64,000 nt of DNA from the human T2T-CHM13v2.0 reference genome, Homo sapiens (GCF_009914755.1 NC_060940.1); one strand, 5' to 3'; shown: positions 1 through 18,680, counted from the first letter of the stretch. Program-made: numbers and translations. Notes: generated from the letters alone by a model not told the origin.

Positions 1-1530
1 TAGGATAAAACTTCTCACCTTCCTGGAACATTCTCTGCATCCCCTGCAACATACCAGGGATGCAGCGGAAGGACCCAAATGAATGAACACGCCAAAGCAC
101 CACCATGCCACGCAGCCCCTAGGAATAGAGCCAGGAAGGAGGTGGTCAAAGAACCACGAACAAGTGACCAAAGTCAAGGCACAAAGAGGGTCAGCAATGG
201 CTGGAGGGGGCATCGGAAGAGGCAGCAGGAACAGTGCCCTTTCTATCTTCAAAACTTCCAAACAAGGATCTCAGCTACCAGTTGGAGTGGACAGGAGTGG
301 ACAGCTACTTTCCCATGCTGAAAAGTCGGGCAGAACGAGAACAGGCCTTCGGAGTTGGTTTTCAGAATGGTGAAACGGGTGTGTGTGATCACAGCAGATA
401 CACAAGTCCAGTCTGGCTATAAAATGGGTCCTCTGTGCTACATCTTTGGGCCAGGAAAACCCTGACTTTGGTACAAGGCCCCACTCATGCCCTTACCCAG
501 AGCTTTCCACTTGCACACAGAATTACTGACCCATCAGCCTCCATGGTCACTTCTGGCTGCCAACAGCCTCCTCTGTTTACCTCAGTGTGTGGGACAAATA
601 CTATCATTTTCTACTTGTAATGATATGACAGCTATCAAAACATTAGTAAGAAAACAAGCTCCAGGCTCAGAAAGACCAGAAAGATTCTCTCCACTCACTA
701 ACCAGGAGAATCTCTCTACTACTCACCTTCTCTCAAGTGAGATCTAGTCTCGTAAAAAAGTTAGTAAATGGAAATCCAAAAACTAATTAAGGGTTTAAGG
801 AGAGAGAAAAGTCAAGTCAAGTCCTTCAATATCATCAGAAAAACTCCTGATATTGAAAAGGGGTTTAGACTGAAAGGTTATAGAAGAAATCATCAAAATA
901 GAAGTATTTCCCCAGAACAGGTTTCTACAATAGTAGCAAGCCAAGCATCCATTTTCTGGCTCTTCTGTCGAAAAGGTCAGAGAAACACGTTCTTTGCAGG
1001 CCAAACTCCACTGGGGGGAGGCAATGGGCCAGGCAGTCCATGGGGGCAGGGGAGGGAGCATTTGGGTGGGCACCAGTTCACAATTTTGTGTGATGTTCAT
1101 TTCTGAGGGTCACTCTAAGATCTCCTAAAGATTAAGAATACCTGTCCTTGGAGGAAGGAAACTTCCTCCATGCCCCTCATTTTCAGGGAAGGGCAAGCTG
1201 GTTCCTCATCTCACACAACCCTGAGCCATGTATGGGAGCCTTTGCAAATAGTCCACTTCCAGAGACATCAACCACTCATAAGAACAACCACTCCGACAAA
1301 CAAACTCCCCCAGTTTTCATCTCCAAACGTCATTTTGAAGTGCACACTCACAAGAAGGGGTTGACCATAACCACTTATGAGTATGCACCTGAGGGGGCCA
1401 CCATGTGACCAATGGGGGGCCGGGGAGGAGGACGGCCAGAAATGGCACTGCGACGCAGAACTTGACCTAGAGTCGGCCAGGCCATCAGAAACTCTCAGTG
1501 CAACAAGTGCCGAGTTTGATGTTTAGGTTT

Positions 1531-1931
<401 letters not shown>

Positions 1932-3865
1932 TCAAGACACGCCTCAAGCCACAATACACAGCAGACCACTCAGAGGAAGTGGGCTTTGGGGGGTGTCACT
2001 GATGCTGGTCAAAAACACACAAAAAGGAACCAAAATATGATGTTCAGTAATAAGCTTTGCAAAGACAAGTGGAGAAATAAGACTAGCTAAAACCTACCAC
2101 TTTATAGGTGAGGAAGGGGCCCCCCGGAAAGGGCAGGGACACACTAAATCAGCCTGAGAACTCAGCAGACGCTCCCCACAGCCCCCACTAGAGGCTTCAC
2201 CCTTGCACGGGGGCTCATCACCTCCCCGCTTAACGCAACTCTGTCTCCTTCAAGTTCACCGGCCTCACGCCAGTAGCCGGGACAGAGACAGGATCTGTCT
2301 ATGAAAACAGGGTGGCAAAGTGCGGCCTGTGGGCCAAAGGCAGCCCAATGCCTCTTTCTGAAAAAACCAAATTTTTCTTATTGGAACACAGCCACAAATA
2401 CAATTTCATCCATAGAGGCAACATGCCATTGCGGTCAACTATGTGGGCTCTGGGGATATCTGAATGGCGACTCCACCACTTGCTAGGGATTTACTTAAAC
2501 CTCTCTGCACCTTGGTTTTATCATCTGTAAAATGGAGATCACAGCACCTCCTCTAAGGGTTGCGTGAGAACTAAACAAGTTCCTATATGCGAAGCACTAA
2601 GATGAGCAGCTGCGACAGTGAGTACTAGGGGTGAGGAGGTGAGAGACAGCTTTGGGAGCAATCATTCTACACTACATATGATTTCTTTCCTGACCATGCT
2701 TAAACAGTAATGAAATAAAGGAATGCTTTACAGAGAACGTGTAATGGTGGAGAGTGGTTCCAACATGTAGGACGATAGGGAGAGGCCGGCTGGGATTACT
2801 GGCATTTGGATTATGGGACATTTTCAGAAAAACACTGTGACAACAACAATCTTGTGCATTTGCTATTTGTAGAAATACTCTGAAAAGGCCATTATTTTCT
2901 AATTGTCCTGGTAAATCATAAGCGTTTCCAGTTTTCATTCTACATTGTTTTTTAGCTTTAAGAACAATAAACTCAGGGTGTTTATTTCAAACTTAAATCA
3001 TAAGCAATAATGACATATGATTAAAATACCCTAGCCTAACATTCTTGGGTTAAAATTTAAACCAAAACATAGAAGAACTGAACATGAAAGAACACTCCCA
3101 CGAAAAAAGAAATGGATGCAACTACCACTCATAAGCCAGCCACGACACAGCAACAAACTTCCATTTGATGTGGCTTCAGCCTAACCTGACATATTTTTCA
3201 AGCTGGAGTTTTTTTAGCATCTTTCTCCACAAGTTGGTATACATGTAAAACCACAAATTCATATAAGGTGTAAAAAAACAACACAGTTCAGTACATCAAG
3301 AGCAAAAGTTTGCTAAATAATTGAATAGCCAGAAATATTTATCATTTTCAATGACATAAAGAACCAGAACCACCCCAGACTACGGCCAGATCATTTGTAA
3401 AGCCAAAAGCATTTTCTCTTGGCAACCTACCATTGTTGGAAGAAAGCCAAGAAAAGCAGTTTTCATGGAAAGACATGACTGCATTCAGTTGTCTGCTATC
3501 ACTCGCTTGCTCTTGGAATCCTTCCAGTATATCAACTTGGTAAATATAGAGTAAGGAGAAATACGCCACTGATTACAGTGCCACAGACAGCACTTGGCTG
3601 TCCAGGGTGCACCTGGGGCAGGAGAGTTGGGCTAAAGCACCTGGGCAGGTGAACAGCCCACCTTCCCCCTCAATTGAAGTCTTATGTGCTGCCAACCTGG
3701 AATGCATTCAGGAAAATGTGCGGCCCCCAGGTCTGAACATTTGCCCTGGAAGGATAAGTCCTAACTGGAAGACTAGTAACAAAGTATTTAGCAACTCTCA
3801 CTGTATTTCATTTGGATAATGTCTTTCAAGAAGCATTCCTTGTCTTCTTGGGTTAAGATCCTCCC

Positions 3866-4073
3866 AGGCACGAGGATTGCTTGAGGCCAGGAGTTTGAGA
3901 CCAACCTGGGCAACGTAGCAAAACCCCCTTCTCTACAAAAAATAATTAGCCAGGTGTGACGGCGTGTGCTTGTAGTCCCAGCTATTTCGGAGGCTGAGGT
4001 GGGAGGACTGCTCGAACCCAAGAGGTTGAGGATGTAGTGATCCATAATTGAGCCACTGTGTACACACACACAC
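3866..4073 (+). mobile_element. Truncated AluJ with CA tail
   Basis: GAGGCCAGGAGTTTGAGACC...TGTAGTCCCAGCTA. Confidence 0.8.
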
Positions 4074-4816
4074 AGCCACGACCAGAATGTGACTTAGAAG
4101 AAGAGTGGAAATGCAGGCCTGTATCCTCACTGTTAGTCACCCAACTGCTCCAGAAACTTCTAGCAGTGAAACCGGCACCCTAACACTATTGGTACACCTT
4201 GGCAGGTCCCTACAGTTAGAGACGCTGGTTCCCCAAGGTGCAGTCTGCATTAATGCATAAGCAAAAACGACGGGTCAAGGTCACTGGAGAAACTATTTCT
4301 AATCCTGTTTCTGCCCCTCATCAGCCATGTAACTGGGACAAACCTCTTGGTCCCTCAGTTTTCCTTATCTATAAAATAGGAAGCATTTAGATTATCATTA
4401 GGTGATCTTTAAAGTTCTTTCTGATTCTAAAAATCTGATGACATTTTTTATTTCAAACCATCAGTGCTTGATTCACATAAAGGCTACACTCCTGGGAGAT
4501 GTTGCTACTCGCAGTGAGTGACAACTGAGGGTTCTGAGTCTGCAGACTTAACTGTCAACCCCTGGACTGGGAGGCCCTCACCATGGCAATCCTCCCTGTG
4601 GGGCCCAGAGTGGATGGCCAGCAGCCTTTCCAGGAGACTGGGGAGTTCGTGGAGCAAGGTCTTCCATCCCCACTGCCCAGTGACTGGGATTCCATAGCCC
4701 CGCACCCTGGACACCACTTCCCAGAGTATTTTACACAAAGAACAGCTAATCTGAGGCAAAATGATCCAAGAAAAGGGAGATAAAATTTGAAGGCACTGTT
4801 TCTCCTAATTCTTTTA

Positions 4817-5302
<486 letters not shown>

Positions 5303-7191
5303 AGAGTGAATCTTTGTAAAGACGAAATTAATTTACACTGCAATCCAACTATGGCCCAGCGGGACAGAGGGCCTCAATAAGTCACCTGACAAAGCCACCC
5401 GATGTTTTCCCCAGACCTTCCACATAGAGCGCTCATGCAAGGCAGAGAAGCACCTTTTTCCACGGATCTACACTCCACTCACTCATAAAAAGGGACGTCA
5501 AGAACGCACAGTAAAGGAGGCGGCAATAAAGGAAGGCGTGAATGTGTATAGGTAACGCAACGGTTCAGAGAAAAGGAGAAATAAAGATCGGACAGAACTC
5601 ACAAGGCTTTAAGACAGACAGCCACTGACTATTTCTAGTAAAATTTAAAGGAGAAAGAAAGATGACATTTCAGAGGACTGTGTTCCTCCTCTACTTTGGG
5701 GCAGGAAAACAGAACTAATTCTTGAACTGGGCAGGCCGTCAGCTCTACTGTGGGAGCAGGAAGAACAGCTCGTGGGATGAGCCCTGGGAGGTGACGTGAG
5801 GCTGCCTGAGGGTTCTGTGTCATCTCCTCATGGCGAATCTCCTGGACCTCAGTGGCAAGAGGAGGACTGCAGCAGCCAAAGAAGATCTTGCCCAGCTTAT
5901 TAAATGCCATAAATCTAAAAGTGTAAAGCACACTCAAAGATATATTGTTATCAAAAATATGTGGCTCTACCTCTTAACAAAAGCTGAGGTGTACAGAGTC
6001 CTAACAAAAACATAATTAGCAAAGTAAAGTGCTCTTAAATACAGTCGTCCCTCCTGACTGGTGATGTCAGCGAGGAGACAAAACAGGGAAGGGTGCTGAG
6101 GGAGCCAGGAGCTGGCTCAGTCCGCTGCAGTCTCTGTGCCTTGTTTCGAGAGAATACACAGGAAGCGCCTAGAAAAGGGAGAGGGGTGAGGTCAACATAA
6201 GGAACCGCTGGTACCACAAAGGTGACTCTGATTACTGACAGAGAAAACGTTCCTTCTAAGTTACAAAATTAAAAAGAAAAAAAGGACACAAATGTATAAT
6301 CCCCATAAAACACACACCTATACACAGCAAGGAGGACAGAACACCAAAATATTTCATAGTGATTTCTCTGGATGGCTTGTAAGCAAATGTTCTTTCTTAA
6401 TACTTTCTATTATGACTCATATTCTCTATACAAAGCATTATTTTAAGGAGGAAAAGTTGTTTCTTAAAGTCGTTCTCTACTCAAACATTCTGAGTGCCCA
6501 AAATGGCAAGACGACCCTGTTAGGCTGCACAACTCTACTTAAAACATTAAACTGTCATTAAACACTGAATAAAACTAGGTAGATCAAACTGTTGGTGACA
6601 GAGATTGCCGCTGAGTGGTAACTGAAATCAAATTTGCCCTGGTCACAACGTGGCCGCGTAACCTGTCAAGCTTTGCTCGAATGCCTTATACCTGTGGCTA
6701 GAAGACATTTCAAGGAGCCTCAGCACAGGCCCACCACTCTCTGCAGGGAGGGCGGGAGGAAAGAAAATAGAAACAAACAAGGTCGACACCTACTCAGGAC
6801 ACAAAAAGCCAGGCGTGGCTCTAACAGCTTCTGCTTTTTCTCCTCAGACATCCCACGTTTGGCTCTTGGTACCACAAAGGTACAATGATCCCTGCTGTTT
6901 GAACTCTGGTTCAAAGTTTAGGCAGCAAGGGATGCCCCTTCATCCTGATCTATCTGGCCTGAGCTTCAGGGAGCAGCAAGCAAGAGACTGGAGCATGAGG
7001 GATGGACCTGAATGCATTTAGTTCCCAAGTTTCCATGGCAAGGCACACTTCTAGTCAGACAGTTCCTATCGAGCAGCAGACCTTCCCAGCAAGGAGACCA
7101 CTAGGCAGCTATCACGTTGCCACCCGCCCCTAGCTCTCTTCAGCAGTGATGCTCTTATCTTTAGGACACTGGAAGTTGAAAAGGCTGTGGC

Positions 7192-7192
<1 letters not shown>

Positions 7193-7225
<33 letters not shown>
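7193..7225. repeat. (CA)n microsatellite
   Basis: Read directly. Confidence 0.95.
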
Positions 7226-7228
<3 letters not shown>

Positions 7229-9172
7229 ATCTAGGAACATGAAGTGTGTTAAAGTCTTTCAGGAGGGAGGTACTGTGCAGTGGTGACACACACAGGGCCA
7301 CGTTCTCCCAAGCCAAAGGTAAGAGACACAAGCCACAAGGAAATCAGACATGTGCGGTTAACAGGTGCCACCAACATCGACTGCTAAATGGAGTTTCAAA
7401 AGGGAGAGGGGTCCTGACTGGGAGGCAAACAAGGGGGTCAAGAGCTGGGCCTGCAAAGGCGAGCTAAATGGTAACAGACACAGTTGACCGAGGCTACGCC
7501 TCTGCAACCTCATCATAAACAGGAATGGGGAAAAACACCTCTGGGATGGGCCTGGATAGCCATGAATCTTGCAGTTTCAAAGTCTATCTCTAATCAAATA
7601 ATCTAAATGTCCACAAAAAAGTGGTAGGATGTGCAGCCACCTGGCTGGGGGTTAACTGACAGAGCTAAAGTGTTAATTAAAATGAACACGGAAACTGGAA
7701 AGCTCAGGAGAGAGCTGGTTATTCATACTGATGGTTAGTCACAGAAGGCAAGCACTGTCTCAGAAGAGCATCACTCATAACATCGACAGACAGGAACAAA
7801 CGCTGCTCTGATCTCTGCATTCAAATCCTGATGGACTCAAGTCAAGAGTGATGGCCTCCCACCTCTGGCCACTCCCATCCCCACACGCCTTTGCCTCACC
7901 GAGCCCACACGCGGCGGCAGCAGCACGCCTAGGCTGAACCATACCCGGTCAACTTGGAGACTACAACTGCCAAGCAGGCCGGTGCTTCCCGTTCTACTGT
8001 AACTCTCTAAGCAAAATGTGCCAGGTTTTTAGGGGAGAAAACACACTCAGTCCCCTCCTTGCACTGTCCCCAATCTCTACGCCTCAATCACTCCCTGTGC
8101 CTCAACAGTGTGCCCACTCATCGCTGATATATACACTCCTGTTTGCCATTCACGCAGGGCCGCTCTAACTTGTGGTTTCTGGTTTAAATGGGATAGCACA
8201 TGGGAAAATGCTCTGAAAACTACAAAGCACTGTGCAATCTTGAGGTGGCTCTAAGATCTCTTTGCAAAAATAGAGCACAGAAAATCTCTAACATGAGACA
8301 GGATTCTATAAAATGAACAGACTTTCTACAGTACTTAAAACAGGCATGCATCCTTACTACAATAATTTAAAGTCAATAACTGCAAGACAATGTCTAAAGT
8401 TGGCATTTCTCAGTATTATCTATCTCTTGCTTTGTTCTAGGAAGAGTTTCAGGTGGCTTGTTTTCCAGTTCATTCTTCATTACTTGGTAGAAAAACATGA
8501 AATGAATAATATGACTCACTGCTAAGGGCATTAAGTTTTTACTTAGTAAATAAAAATGCAATCCCTGCAATCACACTACTTCAGACCATGCGCCATTTTT
8601 TGAAAGCCACAAACCACAGTGCCACATTCTTATCCAAAAATATGTAATAATTACACAGATGTATATCTATGGAAGTATGGCCTTGGAATTGCAATTAGTT
8701 GATAAGCATTTATACTTGCTGGCAAGAAAATGTCACTGACATTCAGTTCCCAGCTCTAAGTGGAGGGCTCTGGACACTTTGCCTCAGTAGAGCACTCAGA
8801 AAAGGGGTTCAGTCCTCTTCTGACAAAAAAAAAAGAAAATGAGATCTACATCACAGTTAGAAGGCATTTTTTATCAAGTAATCAAAGATGATTAAAGATG
8901 CTGGGGGGAAACCTAATTTGTGAGTAACTTTGCCTTTATTTTAAAAATTACTAAGACAAAATCTCTTGTTTCTGAGATTCAGCCACACCATTTGAACCTC
9001 TTATAAGAGACAAAGTTTTCATTAAAATGTCATTGTGTATCTTCAAAAGCATAGAGAAAACTGTAACGGAAAAAAATACAAGGAAGAATTCATAATCATA
9101 TGAACAGGTTAGAATAAATGAATCAAATCTTTATGTATGAATTTTAATACTGTTCTTAAAAAAGCAAGATGA

Positions 9173-9446
9173 GGCCAGGCATGGTGGCTCATGCCTGTAA
9201 TCCCAGCACTTTGGGAGCCTGAGGCAGGTGGATTGCTTGAGCTCAGGAGTTTGAGACTGGCCTAGGCCACATGGCAAATCTCCATCTCTACAAAAAACAG
9301 CCGGGTGCAGTGGCATGAGCCTGTAGTCCCAGCTCCTCAGGAGGCTGGGGTAGGAGGACTGCTTGTGCCCCAGAGGCAAAGGCTGCAGTGAGCCAAGATA
9401 ACATCACTGCACTCCAGCCTGGGTGACAGAGCCAGACCCAGTCTCG
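9173..9446 (+). mobile_element. AluJ
   Basis: Alu dimer with GATTGCTTGAGCTCAGG. Confidence 0.88.
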
Positions 9447-9519
9447 GCGGGCGGGGAGCAAGATGAATACATATCATGTAAAAGACACTTTCATTTATCC
9501 TGTTAAAATTGATTTCATT

Positions 9520-10232
9520 TAGTAAAAAACTATGAAGAGACAGATCTCCCACACTGAAGAAGTCTAAATAAATTATGTAGACACTTTGCCTAAAGAAGGT
9601 AGAATATAAACCCCCTATCCTTAAACATAGTGAGTCCTTCCAAAGAGGATGGCATGGAGGAGGGAAGCGGAGCATTACAGTGGAGAAACCTGAGAGGCAC
9701 GACCTCAACCAGGTGGCTGTGGGCAGCATCAACCATAGTGGTAAAGTCACCATGACACAACGCACCCTCAAAGTGACGTGGTAAAAATGGCCCTTGGCTG
9801 CTGAGATCTTCCTTTCAAAAGCCCATAAGCCCAGTCTTACCATGAGAAAAACATCAGACAAATCTGTACAGAGGGGCATCCTATAATACACCTGACTCGT
9901 TCTCCTCAAAACTGTCAAGGTCATTAAAAACCAAGGAAAGGCTGAGAAAACGTCACAATCAAGAGGCGCCTAAGGAGACAGGACGATTAAAAGTAATGGG
10001 GTATCATGGATGGTATTCCACAACAGAAGGACATTAGGGAAAATTAAAGGAAATTTGATTAAAGTATGGACTTCAGTTAATCACAAGTATCAGTATTGGT
10101 TCATTACTTATGACAAACACAACACAGGAAAGGTAAGAGGCTAACAATAGGAAGTGCGTGGATGGTGGGGAGGAGATAAAGAACCCTGTTGTACTATCTT
10201 TTAATTTTTCTGTAAATCTAAAACTGTTCTCA
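9520..10232 (+). mobile_element. Old L1 3' end (L1MC/L1MD-like)
   Basis: ACAGTGGAGAAACCTG...CTCAAAACTGTCAAGGTC...CTGTAAATCTAAAACTGTTCT motifs. Confidence 0.7.
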
Positions 10233-10247
10233 ACATAGAGTCTACTC

Positions 10248-10405
10248 AGTCAGTTGCACCGCCTGTAGTTTCATCTACTGAGAAAGTTGAGGCTTGAGGA
10301 TCGCTTGAACCCAGGAATTCAAGGCTGTAGTACACTATAATTGAGCCTGTGAACGGCCACTGCTTGGGCAACATAATAGCAAGATCTATCTCTCTAAAAA
10401 AAATT
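10248..10405 (+). mobile_element. FAM-like fossil Alu monomer
   Basis: GAGCCTGTGAACGGCCACTGC 7SL-like segment within a monomer. Confidence 0.65.
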
Positions 10406-10617
10406 TAAGTCTACTTAAAAAATGAAAAGAAAAAAAAAAACTATGAAGGAAATGTGATAAGTATCAACAGGCATTAATTCTAATGAAAACACAGATGTTG
10501 GTTATACTATCCTTTGTTCTTGTGTTGAAAATTTAAAAAACTCAGAACATAAAAATCAAACCTTTCCTTGCTACCATAATGTAAGAAAAATATTTTTCAA
10601 AAAGTGATCTTGCTTAC

Positions 10618-11664
<1,047 letters not shown>

Positions 11665-13328
11665 TGAATTAGTATTTCAGATTAAGAGCCATAACCCAAT
11701 CAGACCACAGGCAAAGCTTACAGCATACAAGGGTATGTTTCTAAAAAGGAATAAGCAGTAAATTCTTTCATTTGACAAAAATACTCCTGGGAAATTAGAC
11801 TCACTCTCCAGGTTACCTGTTCTATAAATTTCGTGCATGGGGGAAAACCTGACCCACACACAGAAAATAAGGTCTTATGTATTTCACCATCATAGTTTGA
11901 ATACAGCTGTATTACAGACAAAATGATGCAGTCGAAAAAAATACAGGCTTGGAGTCAATCACAGGTGGATTTTAAGTAAAATTCTACCACTTTCAAACAT
12001 GTGTCGTCTTGAATAATTTTCTGCATAGGCAGGAAAGTGGTTCAGAATATTTTACTCCTTGTTATAAAAGACATATGGCACCCACCTCACAGGATTATTA
12101 AAAATGAGAAAAAGCAAGATCATGTTTGCAAAGCACCCAGCACAGTGCCCAGTACAATAGGCATGTCCTTTTCTGCTCTTCCTCTTACTGTTATTCAGGA
12201 AGAATAAATATAGTAATTGTTATCCTTGCTCATACCTGGATCACACTGAAATTTTATGCTATAGTCATATACATAATTTTGAAAAATGCAAAAAAAAAAA
12301 AATTACATGGTAATCAACATAAAAACCCTTAGATATTTTAACTTGGTGACAGATGGACAGCAAATTACTGTCTATGGTAATTTGTATAAATATAACTCTT
12401 TTTAAAATATAGCAAAAATATTTTGGAAAAGTTGGTCCTTGAAGTTATGATTTGGACCCATTTACATTAAGAATGTTAGATGTGGCACTTCCCAAGTTTC
12501 TACAGTGAACTTAATCCTCAGACGATTCAGAAGATGAGAGATAACGTTTAAAGTGTGAAATACACAGTCACTACGGGACAACCATTATATATCATAATGT
12601 TACGTTCACACCATTAAAATGGAGAGTATCTCCCAGTGCGACCACACACAACAATCACATCACCAACACCTCCTAGGGCTTACTGGAGCTGTAACTAAGT
12701 GTGCAGGACTACGAAGGAATTGTGAATTGAACAGATTCCAGAGGTGGCACAGTGCTAGAGACATAGAAGTTCTGATCAGTCGGAGTTTCAAGATCTTGCT
12801 GAACATCCCAGGAATTAAACTGAGACCCCAAGGCCATGTCTAAGGAACAGGGCTTCAAGACCTGCCCTAAGTTAAGTTTAAAAACAAGCTTTGAGAGAAT
12901 CAAACTGATCTGAGTAATTAAGAGCCTGCCAGAACAAAACAAACTAATAAAGGACAATAAAACCCATATTCAACAACATTATCATCCACCATTTCCACTA
13001 CACAGTCTAAAAGTACTGGACATGCCAAGGAGCAGGAAGATGTGACCCATAACCAGGAATTCTATATTTAAACAAACAAGACTGTAAATGAAACAGATAC
13101 AGAGATGACAGAGATGTTGGAATTTGCCTCTACAAGAAGAGCAGGAAGGGAGAAAAAAAGGAACAAAACACAGAAGCAGCAAACAGAAAACAAATAAGAT
13201 GAGAAACCTAAACCCAACAATTATCAACATTAAATATAAATAAACTAAACACTACAATTAAAAGACTAAGGTTATCAGAATAAATTAAATAAGATCTAAT
13301 GCTACGCTGCTTACAAGAGACATACTTA

Positions 13329-13652
<324 letters not shown>

Positions 13653-14026
13653 GAGTGAAAAAAAAATGTGAATGCTAATCATAAGGAGTCTACATTAAAT
13701 ATGAGAAAAAGGAGATAAAGACAAAGAATATTAACAAAAACAAATATTTCATAATGATAAAAGGCTAAATTTACCAGAGGCATTACAATCCAAAATACAT
13801 ATTAACCTAATAAAACAGTTTCAAAACACATGAAACAAGTACTTACATTTTGTTCTGACTAAATGAAAAACCAGACAAACCTAAAATTGTAATTGTAGAT
13901 TTTAATAATCCTCTCTTAGTAACCAATAGAACAAAAAAATCATAAGGATTTGAACACCATCAACCAACTTATTCTAATAGACAATTATGAAACATCACAT
14001 CCCACAACTGTAGGATACACATTCTA

Positions 14027-14310
14027 TTTTTATGAGACAGAGTCTTGCTCCGTACCCAGGCTGAAGTGCAGTGGCGCGATCTCAGCTCACTGTAACCTCT
14101 ACCTCCTGGGGTGAAGCGATTTTTGTATCTCAGCCCCCTCAAGCAGCTGCGACTACAGAAGCGCACCACCAAGCCTGGCTATTAATTTTTTTTGTACCTT
14201 TAGTAGAGACAGGTTTCACCACGTTGGCCAGGCTGGTCTAAAACTCAAGTGATCTGTCCGCCTTGGCCTCCCAAAGTGCTGGGATTACAGGCATGAGACA
14301 CTGCGCCTGA
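14027..14310 (-). mobile_element. AluS
   Basis: Reverse-complement Alu dimer. Confidence 0.88.
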
Positions 14311-14877
14311 TCATTCTTTTCAAGTATAGATAGAATATTTGTCAAGAAAAACCATTTGCTGGGCCGTAAGACAAGTCTTCAATTTCAAAGGACAACCACC
14401 ATACAAAGCATGTTTTCTGAACACAGTGGAGTTAAAAACCAACAATAAAATATCTGCAAAATTCCTAAATATTTAAAAGCTAAACACACTTCAGCATAAT
14501 CCATGGGTCAAAGAATAAATCACATGTAAAATATAAACATATTTTAAACTAATTTAAAAAATGTATTAAAATTTGAGATGCAATTAACAACAGTATTTGG
14601 GGTACTTTTTTATGTTTATGGATTTAAAGGATTCAAAGAAATGGGGAAATAAAAAAGATGCATAGGGTTTAAGGAGAAATTTATTGCCCAAATGTTAATA
14701 TTGGAAAAGTCTAAATAACCAGTGATACAAACTTCTACCCCAAAGAAAAGCCAACATAAGCAGAAGAAAATAAAGACAGAAATAAATGACATAGAAAACA
14801 AACAAGAAAAGGCTGACAACAACAAAAGCTGGCTGTTTGAAAATATTAATAAAATGGACAAACCCCAACCTAGATCA

Positions 14878-15274
<397 letters not shown>

Positions 15275-15646
15275 TTATGAACACCTTCATGCCAAATCAA
15301 TTCAAGAACTTAAAATGGATATATTACTCAAAAATACAAATTACCAAAATTAGCACAAGAAGCAGAAAATTTGAATAGCTAATACCTATTAGCTATTCAA
15401 ATTTAAAGTAACTGAATCATAATTTTAAAACCTTCCCACAAGGAAAACTCCAGACCTGGATCGCTTCACTGGTGAATTTTATCAAACATTTAATGAATAA
15501 ATAATACTAATCTTAAATGAACTTTCAGAACAAAGGGAACAATTCCCAGGTAACTTCATGAAGCCAGTATATTATTGTTATCAAAAACAAATAAGAACAC
15601 TCCAAAAAAACAGAAAGTTATAGACCCATATCACTCATGAATATAC

Positions 15647-15984
15647 CAATCATGCTTCGCCCAAAGACAAGGACATCTTCTGAGAAAAGTGTCATTAGGT
15701 GATTCTGGTCACTGTGGGAACTTACACTTTGGGTGTACTTAAACAAACCTAGATGGTGTAGCCTACTACACACCTAGGCTGTATGGTATAGCCCACTGCT
15801 TCCAGGCTACAAACCTGTACAGCTTGTTACTGTGCTGAATACTGGAGGCAACTGTAACAAAATTGTAAGTATTTGTGTATCTAAACATAGAAAAGGCACA
15901 GTAAAAATATATTATAGTCTTAAGGGGCCACTGTTGTATATGTAGTCTGCTGCTGACCAAAATTCGTTATGTAGCACATTACTG
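15647..15984 (-). mobile_element. Tigger3a/Golem-like DNA transposon (non-autonomous)
   Basis: Degenerate CAGTCATG-type termini; ACAAACCTAGATGGTGTAGCCTACTACACACCTAGGC core; inserted into L1. Confidence 0.75.
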
Positions 15985-16254
15985 TGGAAGCATAAATCCT
16001 GAACAATATTTTAATAAATCTGATCCAGTAACATATAAAAAAGATAACACTCCACAATCAAGTGGGGTTATCTCACAGGAATGCAAGGCTGGTTCAACAC
16101 TCAGAAAGACGTAATTCACATTCAAAGAAAAAAAAAACACCCTATGATTCATCTCAATAAATGAAAAAAGATGTGGCAAAATTCAGTAATCGCTTATGAT
16201 CAAAAGACTCAGCAAACTAGAAACAGAATTCCTCATCCTAATGAATGATACCTA

Positions 16255-16944
<690 letters not shown>

Positions 16945-18109
16945 GACTTTAATACTTACTGTAAAGCTAAAGTACAACTATGAAAGTTTCATCTATGAAA
17001 CTTTTGTGATTGATAAAATTGACTTCATTAAAATTAAAACTGCCCCTTCAAAGATAATGTCAAGAGAATGAGAAGACAATCCACAGACTGGGAGAAAATA
17101 TGTGCAAGAAACACATCTGATAAAGATCTATTTACAAAAATATATAAAGAACTCTCAAAACTCAACAATAACAACCTGTTTAAAAAATGGGCCAAAGACC
17201 TTAACATACACCTCATCAAAGAAGACACACAGATGGCAAATAAGCGTATGAAAAGATGACCCACATCTTATCACAGAAATGCAAATGACAACAATGGGAT
17301 ACCACTATTTGCCTATTAGAACAGCCAAATCCAGAACACTGTCAACACGAAATGCTGGCGAGGATGTAGTGCAACAGGAACTCTCATTCATCACTGGTGG
17401 GAATGTAAAATGATATAGACACTTTGGAAGACATTTTTGCAGTTTCTCACAAAACTAAGCATACTCTTACCATATGATCCAGCAATTGTGCTCACTGGTA
17501 TTTACCCAAAACAGGTAAAAACTTAAACCTGCACATGGATGTATATGGCAGCTTTATTCATAATTGCCAAAACTTGGAAGCAACCATGAAGTCTTTCAGT
17601 AGGTAAAGGGATAATTGCCATGAAAAGACCCAGAGGAACCTTAAATACATATTATTAAATGAATGAGGCCAATGAGAAAAGGCTACACACTGTGTGACTG
17701 TAACTTTACAAAAAGGCAAAACTATGGAGACAATCAGTGGTTGCCAGGGTTTTGGGAAGGAGAGAGGGATGAAGAGGTGAAACACAGACGGCTTTTAGGG
17801 CAGTGAAAATACTCTGCATGACACTATAATGATGCACATCATTATACATTTGTCCAAGTCCACAGAATGTACAACACCAAGAGTGAACCCTAGTGTAAAC
17901 TACAGACTTCGGATTATGATGTATCAATATAGGTTTATTGATTGTGACAAACTGTACCATTCTAGACAGCGGAGTTGGGGAGGATGTTGAAAATGGAGGA
18001 GACTATGAACTAGGAGAACAGGGAATAGATGGAAAATCTCTGTACCTTCATTTCATTGTGAAGCTCAAACTACTCTAAAAAAACCCAAAATCTTTAAAAG
18101 CTTTTCTTG

Positions 18110-18474
<365 letters not shown>

Positions 18475-18489
18475 CTAGAACAAAGGTAC

Positions 18490-18680
18490 AGGGATTTTTT
18501 TTTTCTATGAAGGGCCAGTTAATAAATAATTTAGTCTTTGCAGATGACCTGCGGTTTCCATCCCAGATTGTTTTCTTTTTAAACAATCCTTAAAAAATAT
18601 AAAACCCATCCTTACGTGGCAAGCCATATAAAAACAGGTCATGGGGCTGGATGTGGTTCATGGGCTATAGTTTGCCCTTA
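18490..18680 (+). mobile_element. MER58-like hAT DNA transposon
   Basis: TTTTCTATGAAGGGCCAG...GGGCTATAGTTTGCC. Confidence 0.65.

Noticed and set aside
9337-9924. 195-aa minus-strand ORF
   Set aside because: Antisense L1 3' end plus Alu sequence.
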